NCBI GenBank assembly: GCA_004431415.1
Contig: QPMI01000619.1
Coordinates: forward strand, 1-64,000
Length of the DNA stretch: 64,000 nucleotides
Direction of reading: 5' to 3'
Source: Cyanophora paradoxa CCMP329
Lineage: Eukaryota; Plantae; Glaucophyta
Both the position numbers and the translations under genes were made by a program. The notes under the pieces are model-generated. The model ran no database searches. It had not been told where the DNA came from and saw nothing but the letters and a program-made list of their open reading frames with translations. The stretch's first letter is position 1. Each line of letters begins with the position of its first letter. This document shows, piece by piece, positions 24,301-32,500 of the stretch.

Positions 24301-27300
24301 TGGGGGAGATGTCCTCCACACTCCTGAAACGCGTGGGAAGCGCGGCCCGGGGCATGACAAACTTCTTCTCGCTCGTTGGGCCGCCGATGCTCCCGCACGC
24401 CACCAGCAAGCTCTCCGAGATGCAGGGCCTTGCCTTTGGACACGTGATCTGTGGCGTCGACCCGGACGTGGCCCAGTACTTGGCGCTTGGCACGCGCTCA
24501 GCGCAGACAGCCGCGCCCTCGTACCTCGGCCCCTGGGACGTCACTCACGAGGGCACGGCGCACGCGGCCCTCACCTCGGCCCTGGCCCAGACGTCCCGAG
24601 TGCTGTACACGATCTTCTTTGCAGGCGACCCTGGCGACGGGCCAATCCCTTACCTGCAAGATGACGAGGCGCCGTCCCCGCACACGGCGGCCCTCAACAA
24701 CAATATCGCCGACGTGCAAGTCGAGAGCGCGGCGTCGCCGTTTGGCACCCGCTATGCGCGTGACACTGCGATCCTCGATCTGCACCGTCCGATCTACTCA
24801 AAGAAAACAGTCCGGAGTGGTGACAAAGGGGACCGCTTCGAGGTGCAGCGCACATACGCGCCTCGCCTCGTCGCGAGTACCGCCGTCCTGGGCAAAACGC
24901 ATGACGCCGAGGCGAAGGCCGCGGCAACGCGCCAGATGGGCAACGGGGCGCTGTGGCTGAGCTCGACTATGGAGAAGCTCGCCCGCGCACCGAAGCGTTG
25001 CAAGGCCCACCCGCCGTTGGTCAACGCCTTCGGCTACGAGCTGTCGCGCCCGGCGACCGCGACCACGGCTGCAATTACGTGGGCGCCCATTCCCGCGGAG
25101 GAAGATCTAGCGTGCACGATTGCCGGTTTTGTGACCGCATGGCAGCACCGCTTCTTCCAGGCGTACGCGCCGGGGAAGGCCCTGGGCAGCCAGCAGTGGT
25201 CCGAAGACTTCTCCGTCACACCGATGGCCATTGACACGGGCGACGGGTCCGAGCACGAGCGCATTGCGAACGTAGTCTCCCTTGAGGAGGACACCAATTC
25301 AATTTTGAACTCGTTCCGATGCGTCATCCCGGACGGACTCGTCCAGTTCCTGCACAATACATTCCTCGCGAAGCCGACCTCGAAGCCGGATCGCGGCACG
25401 GAAGCGAGCCATCCCCGCGATGCGCGACCGACGTACGCCGACGGCCGCCCGACGCTGGCTTGGAAGTTCGAACAGGGCAAAGTCGTGCCGGACTATGAAG
25501 GCCGGCTGGCAATCTGCTCTCGAATTCTCCTCGCGGTCCTTCAGGGCCACCAGCACTCGGGGATTCCGCTCCTGCCGCGCCGCAAGGACGGCCGCGCGCC
25601 GCTGAACGCCGCCGCGAGCGACGCACTGTGCGAGGCCCTCCAGTACCACATGCGGCAGGTGCACGACAGCACCGCTGATGAGGGCATCGTCGTCAAAACG
25701 CTCCGCGACTATCTGGATAAGATGCCGCAGGGGCTCGGGCTCCAGCGCCTCGAGCTTGCCTCCCCGCCTATGGCCGGCGAGGCTGAATACTGGCCCGCGG
25801 CCAAGGTCGGGGACGGTTGGAAGCCGGTGGTGCTGGACCGGAGCGAGGCCGCACGTGCAGTGGAAGAGCTGTTCCACAAGCCCGGGAACTTCCCCCGCGG
25901 CATCGTGTTCACTGACTCGGCCTTCGGTGCCCGCCAGAACCTGGAGCGAGTGCTGCGCACTCTCTACTCCGACCTCTCGTACGTGATCACACGCGACGGT
26001 AGGCCGGACTGGGAGAAGTTCGAGCCGAAGCTCCCGGACTGGGACGACAGTGCCCTGCTGCCGGCCTATATGTGGGACTCGGTGACGACCTCGAGGTCCG
26101 CCCCAGTGTTGAAGCTGCGAGGCCGAAAAGACACCTCGGAAGCCACCTTAGTCCGTACGCCGTACCAGCCGATCTACGACGCCGACGTCCGCAGCTCTTG
26201 GGCAGGCGTCTCCTTTGTCCCGCCGCCAGACATGGTGGACGACTCAGGGAAGACGCCGACCGAGGGTGCGGAAGCCTCCTCCTCGAGCGCGGCGCTCACC
26301 TCGAACGTCTCGGCGCCGCCCGCTCCCTCTCCCGGACAGCCGCCTCACGCGGTTCCCCGCGGCGGCCGCGTAGGCCGTGGCGGACGGGGTGGCAGTCACC
26401 CCCGGGGTCGTGGAGGCGCCGGTGACTGGCGAGGCGGCCGTGGAGGCGGTGGACGAGGGCGCGGTGGCCGTCACAGCGGCGCAGGTTCCGAGGCTGGCCG
26501 TCAGGGGCAGCCCGGCGAAGCCGCGCCGCCTGTGCAGCAGCAACAGCGCACTCGCTCACCGCCGCGCGAGAGCGCCTCGTCCATGGCCCCACCGCCGACT
26601 CGGCGGACCCCAGACCGGCCCAAGGTGTCGGACGACCGGCCGCCGAGCTCGTCCTCCTCTCGCCACTCGCCGCGCCCGAGCTCGAGTCAGAACTACCCGC
26701 CGCCGCCGCCCCGCGACCGGGACCGGGAGCCCTCTCGGGCCCCGTCCAAGCGCCGCTCGCGCTCCCCGGCCCGCGACTCCAGAGCCGCGTCCAAGTTCTC
26801 CAGGCGGAGCCGGAGCCGGTCCCGCGATCGCGGTGGCTACCGCGACGACCGCCGTAGCGCGTACCGGTCGCCGGACCGCCGCCGGAGCCGCAGTCGTGAC
26901 CGCCGGAGCCCGCGTGACCGTCGCAGGAGCCGGAGCCGCAGCCGCTCTCGCTCTCGTGGGCGGGATCGCCGCAGCCCACGCAAGAGCTCTCGGGATCGCC
27001 GCAGCCGCACGCGCTCGCGCTCGAGGTCTCGCGATCGCCGCCGCGACAGCCGTCGAAGCCCAAAGCAGGCGAAGAGGGCCCCTGCTCGCCCCCCGACCCC
27101 GCCCCGAGGAGCGGAAGAGGCCGGGTATGACGAGCATGCCGCCGACGCCGCGCGCCGTTACCAGAACCCGACTGCCCGTGAAGCGTACACCGCGCTGTGG
27201 GAGAAAACGTACGCAGAGGCGACCCACCAGCCGACCGCAGCCAAGCGCGCGCAGTTTACCACAGACACGCTGCGCGCCTCGCTGCTCCGCCAGCTGGACC

Positions 27301-29543
27301 AGGCCGTTTCGCGCTCCTCGTACGGGGGCCAGACCGCCGCCACCTATGCGATGCCGCCTGCGTGGGGCTGGACGGCGACGTCGGCCACGCCCGCACAGCA
27401 GGGCTTGCTGGGGTCCGCGCCGCCGAGTCACTCCGGGCAGTTGTCCCACGACGAGCGAGTCGAGCTCGAGCGCCTGCGCGCTGCCGAGAAGGGCAAGCAG
27501 CCCTTTCTGAGCGGGCCTGGGGGGCAGCGTGAGCAGGGCGTATCGTCGCCTGCCGCTGCGGAGGGTCGCGCCTCCTCCTCCCAGGCCAGTCAGCCTCCGC
27601 CGACTGCCAAGAAAACGTCGCGCCCCTCCGCGGCGTCCTCCTCCTTCAATCCGACGGCCGACATCGCGGGCATGGGCGTTCTCGCCTTCGCCCAAGAATG
27701 CGCCGCGTGCCGTGACTCGAGCTTGCGCGAGGCTGGAATCCAGAATCTACGGACCTGGATTCAGACAACCGACCGCCGCGTCGCCAACGCGCACGACTTG
27801 CACCGCAAGCTGAAGGGCGGCGACAAAACCCACCAAGACAGGTGGCCAGAAGCGCACAAAAAGTGCTGCCAGATGCTCGATCTCTTGAGCAAGGCCCTGA
27901 AGCAAGAACGCACCTTGGAGATCGCGCTCCCCGAGAGCACTATCGCCTCCCTGGTTGCGACACTGCCGACGGGTCCTCGTAACGAACTCGAGTCGCTCGG
28001 GCGCACCCTCGAAAATACTCGCGAGTTCCGCACCCAGCTCGAGCGTGAGCGGCAGCGCGAAAACCGCGAAGCCCAGGCTCGTGGTGAGCACGAAGTCCGT
28101 GCAAGGATGCTGCGCAAGGCAGAGGACACCGCGGGGCCCGCCCTTGCGGCGCGCGCCCACGGAGACCTGCCTCCGCACCTGCACCCCCCTTCGACTGCCC
28201 CCGCCCTGAGCACCGCCGCGGTGGAAGAATGCACCGCCCCGCCCTACATCAATGTCCAGCGGCCTGTCCTCCTCGTTGGGCGCCCGGTCGCCCATGCGGC
28301 CCCTGCACCGCGACCGGAAGCGTCGACGCCCGCACCTGCAGCTGCGAACGCGCCGGAGCACGAGCAACCTGCTTCGGCGGCGGCCCCGCGTGAGCAGGCG
28401 CCGGCCTGGGCACGCCGCCTCCTCCACCGGCTCGGTCCCCGCTCCACGGTCACAGTCTTTAACTGGCTCGCAAACCCGGCACTCCTGCTGACGGTCAAAC
28501 CGTCTGAGCTGTCGCCGGCACTCCGCGAGGCTCACCAGTCGATCATGGCCCGCTACGGGATCAAGCTGCGGAAGGAGGGCTACAAAGCTCCACCCCGCCT
28601 CGCCCGCGAGTGGTTCTCGGGGTCAACGCCCACGGCGGCCTTCGCCCCGCGGACCGCTCTGGAGGCCGAGGCTCTCATCTACCCTGAGGGCGTCAGCTCC
28701 GACGAGGAAGCGATGGTTCCAGTGGGCCACGCGCTCAGCGCGAAAAACCGCCCCACTGCAGCCTTTCCCCGTCCGGCTGAAGACACTCCGCTGGGGACGC
28801 GCGCTGGCTACGACCCGCCCGCTGACGAGCTGATCTACGCCAACCGGCACGGCCCGAGTCGGCGTAAACGCTCGCGCCCATCCCCCGCCGAGGAGCAGGC
28901 TGAACAGCAGCGGATTGCGCGCCGCGCCGCCGCCCGCAACTCACGCCCTGCCTCGCCGGCCTCGGAGCACGACAGCCCCGCCCTTGCCGGCCCTCCCACT
29001 CCGCCGGAACCCGAGTACTACGTCCGCAAGGCTCGCACCGGCTGGCCTCGCGACAAAACGCTCGAGTTCTTCCGGCCGAAGACCTTGCAAATCCCAGGCA
29101 GCATCGCAATGAGACTCCCGAACGGACGCTCTGGCGCCGAAAGGCCGGTCCGCATCGTTGTTGACACGGGCGCCCAAGGCACCGTCGTCCCTCAGGAGAT
29201 CCTTGACCTTCTGCCGCCCGAAGAAGTCAATTACGTCGAGGGCCACACCGTTGTACGTGGCTTCATGGACCGCGACAAAATCCGTTGCCGTCGCGCCGAC
29301 GTAGTTTTCATCCTCGGGACGCTCCGTTTCTGTCGCCGCGTCTTTGTCGTCCCTCGTGGCGTCATGGGCGCCGAGCCGGACATTCTCCTCGGTCTGGACG
29401 CGATCCAGGCCATCCACGGCCAGATCGACACGACCTTGTCGGGCTGGTGCCTTCGGGCACGCGATAGCCACTACCGCGAGGTCGTCGTCCCTTTTCGGCT
29501 CCGGACCAGCTTGGGATCCTGGTCCGGGTGCTCGGGCCTGTAA
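18390..29543 (+). CDS. Giant Gag-(unknown cargo)-protease polyprotein, 3717 aa (first in-frame ATGs at 18495 and 18537)
   Basis: Uninterrupted 11.1-kb ORF. Capsid-like N-terminus, Zn knuckles CHCGKRHWKFEC (19839) and CYGCGKPGHRQANC (20022), RGG and RS tracts (26360-27060), retropepsin IVVDTGAQ (29163)...DILLGLD. Confidence 0.93.
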   Translation: MASRSLVTRPRTSKAPSAHIPIDKLGFTPQAFRERMSSGTGASAEYHIRMANLAPFTAEPSTLSGIPTNALEMLRRIPLLQPGADRQMAEDHLAAFEAAAALSRNILNLAEDAGDSQQQNTGLALIQTLDPAHSVRSEIELFHAGQRARKSELVKLRSERDEKEREGFASEHERLLFEGLGEQIAEIEEAIAASKRETTFAAIRARLESDSGDRNPDDLKEVLRLPYLGENPEACVRRTCRLCMHPDARRPLETSLTALVRQLKDMITRRNRGEFREFDDVKDLSERDRRRMLKNLEILTVIQAELAQRVREGTLKDEVGLVNYVRQRCRELGAWDTDISNVPGSAYVVKRSALPSAVPARAPSVAQSLQRAVAAAAPPAVPIVPSGAHGSKDSSARAMRAHTHCECCTHEHDEDSAHDAQTEELVMFCRYAFAGDDEEVDVVIRAIFPSPSAPPPRPDDPVYRQKITEFLRERGLPAQPRNPCHCGKRHWKFECDVSPTPLPDWSVMSPNKRRAGNFGSEGKRRPPTGGRSSPAPPSGNGPPVCYGCGKPGHRQANCPAIDTKISTEVGVAVRRAFAEHKESLASTAANENATYAIARALLTVAPGLLGTSPVSSSVPGSSTAAGSGPAPAEPGKERRVLRVKIDRTTPNLDLVNAFMRFRESTAEHAAGLQKDGSLSTCADAAAAFAIALVQTIGSARPDLFAEEAPVHDMRPPLPESGLAATEKSAAGVVPGPAAALSSFADIMNAADMGTIALSSAAAPDPTEVEGADTEVKGSDVAASTSSVSADAGTAPDAPAVEIAAKAADPAAGVGPCLEYSSGAETVASLSVTDDGASVVDEDPEAAAKECLRANRSLLERAGLTVAHFGALALSEEPGRENELGPAVLWDVQGHKLKGAAPVEFERAGFVYPNPRLSHCVTHCLEGLVELPEVQWYATAFRCPGRTRQTFSFLLSALTQPFADASVYTDSLTLPTAFLHMLGHDSTTRDLLAHAWPTRYLSTMHLVRQVGLAAQFAARGKSWPTKGLTAFGKPEVEPDLQLRRLKPGEIAIAGWLEPFRGHSSIGLQSPIAQALAQHEMQLAGTARSVRGRLVSDETRLRLASAASVAAYYLHRLDYGAPGSSQAAEAILQRYFSYAAPLMVDEYADAYGLALVLLESWARWKTAGSFGGHTGRVDLHKAVALLPCETSFAPTDFEFTTAVYLLTTASLALELPLPSAKALYSPKDAEAWLAYAARERHEAYRKGRAPDYSRLDSACTVERVPVDGGLAADRVLMLRDLPLYTAWLHSLPGHRVPAGSPQSPNPKAPAPTGWHLGLVRPVTRGTQLPLHSEKGSGRQPTIIPEEVSILSPLGPTEPLETLTNLARAKTVAGSAGGARLIKYIESAPPHPSRAHLILLYRRLKRKGSGLSDEEVDQLIAFTEKWRVDPGCPTTTPIASKPDRESRTRAPDDQTTVKAIGATLRAAAALVPPTAAPEPDILPDGRLSPPRAPPASSPPLGSPTDGKPRQSAAGGAKGRGGGRRGQGESRSRKEAPQKDKEGDVPMSDQREGGGNGGEGPSEPPPAPEPEPVPVLDADDPAQNALYEALGVINGILSVPKIAPSNQGKPLANWPQGARKTLAGRWQISVSDVKGTLETLRAPHLRDFIVSESNAPLHERADNPMPIVTPHVGRPARRAPRAIRVARENAAALELLMHGLGLVSEITPLHGALPASLHDWTEEDIEWYLTTRWRIPKPRTPVWVHEDRFNPNAVAIPPSVTRYLLQMHAHLLAEEHNADVPSASRLAEELPPGLKWARKYLRFATRHDLADSSGDERRPGDARWVAQRDAILKALRRPKAYEIDEARLGGADADEPEPCLTPLYVDVGEGEEPREDAGAEAEASQQQAGGAFVPHARWKPRPLFTLADKSYLNDITLLEQYLSDKGPFFRPLSCFDSAMIDWASVPAISYPLRWRSEAETDEAPEDAARSLDTHLGEMSSTLLKRVGSAARGMTNFFSLVGPPMLPHATSKLSEMQGLAFGHVICGVDPDVAQYLALGTRSAQTAAPSYLGPWDVTHEGTAHAALTSALAQTSRVLYTIFFAGDPGDGPIPYLQDDEAPSPHTAALNNNIADVQVESAASPFGTRYARDTAILDLHRPIYSKKTVRSGDKGDRFEVQRTYAPRLVASTAVLGKTHDAEAKAAATRQMGNGALWLSSTMEKLARAPKRCKAHPPLVNAFGYELSRPATATTAAITWAPIPAEEDLACTIAGFVTAWQHRFFQAYAPGKALGSQQWSEDFSVTPMAIDTGDGSEHERIANVVSLEEDTNSILNSFRCVIPDGLVQFLHNTFLAKPTSKPDRGTEASHPRDARPTYADGRPTLAWKFEQGKVVPDYEGRLAICSRILLAVLQGHQHSGIPLLPRRKDGRAPLNAAASDALCEALQYHMRQVHDSTADEGIVVKTLRDYLDKMPQGLGLQRLELASPPMAGEAEYWPAAKVGDGWKPVVLDRSEAARAVEELFHKPGNFPRGIVFTDSAFGARQNLERVLRTLYSDLSYVITRDGRPDWEKFEPKLPDWDDSALLPAYMWDSVTTSRSAPVLKLRGRKDTSEATLVRTPYQPIYDADVRSSWAGVSFVPPPDMVDDSGKTPTEGAEASSSSAALTSNVSAPPAPSPGQPPHAVPRGGRVGRGGRGGSHPRGRGGAGDWRGGRGGGGRGRGGRHSGAGSEAGRQGQPGEAAPPVQQQQRTRSPPRESASSMAPPPTRRTPDRPKVSDDRPPSSSSSRHSPRPSSSQNYPPPPPRDRDREPSRAPSKRRSRSPARDSRAASKFSRRSRSRSRDRGGYRDDRRSAYRSPDRRRSRSRDRRSPRDRRRSRSRSRSRSRGRDRRSPRKSSRDRRSRTRSRSRSRDRRRDSRRSPKQAKRAPARPPTPPRGAEEAGYDEHAADAARRYQNPTAREAYTALWEKTYAEATHQPTAAKRAQFTTDTLRASLLRQLDQAVSRSSYGGQTAATYAMPPAWGWTATSATPAQQGLLGSAPPSHSGQLSHDERVELERLRAAEKGKQPFLSGPGGQREQGVSSPAAAEGRASSSQASQPPPTAKKTSRPSAASSSFNPTADIAGMGVLAFAQECAACRDSSLREAGIQNLRTWIQTTDRRVANAHDLHRKLKGGDKTHQDRWPEAHKKCCQMLDLLSKALKQERTLEIALPESTIASLVATLPTGPRNELESLGRTLENTREFRTQLERERQRENREAQARGEHEVRARMLRKAEDTAGPALAARAHGDLPPHLHPPSTAPALSTAAVEECTAPPYINVQRPVLLVGRPVAHAAPAPRPEASTPAPAAANAPEHEQPASAAAPREQAPAWARRLLHRLGPRSTVTVFNWLANPALLLTVKPSELSPALREAHQSIMARYGIKLRKEGYKAPPRLAREWFSGSTPTAAFAPRTALEAEALIYPEGVSSDEEAMVPVGHALSAKNRPTAAFPRPAEDTPLGTRAGYDPPADELIYANRHGPSRRKRSRPSPAEEQAEQQRIARRAAARNSRPASPASEHDSPALAGPPTPPEPEYYVRKARTGWPRDKTLEFFRPKTLQIPGSIAMRLPNGRSGAERPVRIVVDTGAQGTVVPQEILDLLPPEEVNYVEGHTVVRGFMDRDKIRCRRADVVFILGTLRFCRRVFVVPRGVMGAEPDILLGLDAIQAIHGQIDTTLSGWCLRARDSHYREVVVPFRLRTSLGSWSGCSGL
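29489..29527 (+). promoter_or_regulatory. Putative programmed -1 ribosomal frameshift signal
   Basis: In-frame C CCT TTT heptamer (29489-29495), 5-nt spacer, perfect 9-bp stem CCGGACCAG/CTGGTCCGG. The -1 frame is the open pol frame. Confidence 0.75.
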
Positions 29544-32500
29544 AGCTCCCCGTCGGAGAGGCCCTCGTCCCATGTACGCTCAATGGGCAGGGCCCGGCAA
29601 CGCGTGAGTTGCCGCACCTCTACGTCGAGCCGTCACCGGAGTCGCCTCAAGCGTTAGGCGTACTCTGCCCCTTCCAGCTGCACAATCACCCGGGAAACAA
29701 GATGTTTCACGTGCGGCTGTGTAATCCTGGTCGCCAGCCCGTCACCCTCCCGCTAGGTTCGGTAGTAGCAGTCGCTGAGGCTGTCGCACTGCCGCCTGGT
29801 GATTTTCTGTATGAATCTGAGCGGATCCCTGATAGCCCTAAAGAATTGACAGAGCTCTTAATTCGCCGCCTGCGAATCGTGCCCGCCAAGCGACGCACGG
29901 GGCTCCGCCACTTCAACAGAAAAGCACGCATGCTAGGCGCAGCTTACGAGCCCGCCAAAGATGTCGAGAAAATCATTGCCTCACTGCGAGCAGTGGTGAC
30001 AGCGGCTGAAGAGGCGCGCAAAGTGCAAACAGCTGCACCCGCCCCTGATCCACCCCACCCGTCCCGTCCCCCACTATACGATGCCAACGACATAGTCGTC
30101 GCCTTCGGCGAAATGCCGTTCGACGACGACGACCGGCCGTGGCGGGATACAGACGCGATGAGTCTGATTAGCTTCGATGACGCTACCGATCTCGACGATG
30201 CGTCTCAACGAAGCGAATCTCCTACCCCAGCCCCCATCTCGGGACCGACGGCTGCCGAGTTTGCCGACGCAATTGAGGCTGTGGAGGTGCCCGTGGGCGC
30301 GACGCTCCGCGGAACCTTCCCCAAGCTCACAGAAGCGGGGGAAGCCGCCATCCTGCATTCCGTCCGCTCCCTCAGCGTGGGCATGACAGTCCGCAAAGCT
30401 GCCCCGGACGCCCCGGCCCCGCCGTTGGCACCGGCCCAGCCGTCGCTCTCGGTTGTCACAGCCTCTCTCGCCGATCGCACGGCCACGCCTTCCGAACAGC
30501 CTGCAGAGCCGGCACCGGGGACGGTGCCTAATGCAGAGGAGGAGTGGCAGGAGCTGTTGAAGAAAATTCCTGAGCTCGGCTCTCACCCGTCTATCACGAC
30601 GGAACAGAAGGCCGAACTCCATGCGCTTCTTAGGCGCTACAAGGACGTCTTTGCAGACAAAGTCGAGGCAAAAGAGGGCACTAGCAACTTGCTCTATTAC
30701 GAGCACGTGATCCGGCTCACGAGCCGGCTCCCTGTGTTCACGCCTCCGCGGCGCATGAATCCACACGCTGAAGAGCATGCTCGCAAAGAAATTCAGAAGC
30801 TCCTCGAGCTGGGTCTGATCGAGCCCTCGCAAGCTGCGTACGGATCGCCAGTGGTGCTCGCTCCAAAGAAGGACGGCACCTGGCGCTTCTGCGTAGATTA
30901 CAGGCGGCTGAATCAGATCACTGAACGCGACGTGTTTCCGCTGCCCCGCATCGACGACCAGCTCGAGCGCCTGCGCGGCTCGATGGTCTTCTCAACAGCG
31001 GATGCCACGGCTGGCTTCTGGCAGCTTCCTCTACACCCCGGCTCGCGCGCGTACACTGCGTTCGTCGTACCCTGGGGTCATTTCCAGTGGCGCGTGACCC
31101 CGTTCGGTGTGACCAATGGCCCCGCGGCCTTCTCCCGCGCGATCACCGCGATCTTAGGCCCTCTCTTAACGACCTGTGTCGTGGCCTATATCGATGATAT
31201 CACGGTGTTCTCCCCGTCAATCGATCAGCACCTCTTGGACTTAAAGGCGCTTTTCGAGACGATCTCCAAGGCGAACTTGCGCCTGAAGCCGTCGAAGTGC
31301 CGCTTTTGCGTGCCAGAAATCGACCTTCTAGGCCACCGCATCTCCGCCGAAGGGATCCGGCAGGACCCGCGAAGACCAAGGTGATCTCGGACTGGCAGAC
31401 GCCTAAGAATGCGGACGAGCTCCGCTCGTTCTTGGGCCTCGCCGGTTACTACCGCCGCTTTGTAGAGAACTTCTCCAAGGTGGTGTACGCCATGCAGCGC
31501 CTTCTATTGAAGGACGCCGTCTGGAGTTGGCCCGAGGGCGGTGCCGCCGACCGCGCCTTTAAGGAGCTGAAAGAACTGCTGGGCCGCGATATTATATTGC
31601 GGTTCCCGGACTTCTCTAAGCCCTTCATACTCCAGACGGACGCCAGTACATACGCTATCGGCGCGATTCTGAGTCAGACGGACAAGGACGGCGTTGAGCG
31701 CCCCCTTGCCTTCATCAGCCGCACGTTGTTGCCGGCTGAAATGAACTACTCCGCCACGGAATTGGAATGCCTCGCAGTAGTTTGGGCCATCAAGTATTGG
31801 CGCCACTATCTGCTGGGCGGGCCCCAGTTCCTGGTCCGAACAGACCACCACGCCCTCCAGTGGCTGAAAAGCCTGGACCCGACAACAGGTCGGCTCGGCC
31901 GTTGGTCTAGATCTCTGCTCTTGCAGGCCTACGACTTCGAGATCGTCTACCGCCCGGGCAAGCAGAACGGCGGCCCTGACGCGTGCTCACGCCTTCCAAA
32001 GGACCACCCCGTCTGGCAGCCCGGCGGAGCCGATGGCTCTTCCTCGACGCCAGCGGCCTACGAGGGAGCCGAAGGCTTCGGCGTCCCCCAGCGCGCTGTG
32101 GGCGCCGAGCCCGAGGATCCTGACGTCCCCCTCGGCATCTTCCGCGTACAACTGGGCCCCACTGAGCGGGCTCTGCGGAAGCTTGCCGACTCCGCCGGCT
32201 TCCAAGGCGCGGCACCTGCAAACCTCGGCCGCTCGAGCCGGCGGCGAAGCCGCCCGCCCACCGACGGGCCGAGCCCGGCAGCCGCGCCCGAGGAGACGGC
32301 GGGCCGCTCCCCTTATGCAGAGGAGGAGTCGCGGCCCCCCGAGCCAGCTCCAGCCTCGGCCCGCACCCGCCGGGTGCCGCGCGAGCTTGCCAAGCTCGCC
32401 GCTTCCGCGGGCTACGCAGGAGCCAAGGCGTCTGCTGCCGCCAGCGACGACGAGTCGAGAAAGAGGACGAGAACCGCCCCGGAGCGCTTCGCGCCCCAGG

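Noticed and set aside
31360-31384. Second frameshift in the gypsy pol
   Set aside because: There is no slippery heptamer and it falls inside the conserved DPAK RT motif. One missing C in GACCCGCG explains it (sequencing error or point lesion), so it is not programmed.
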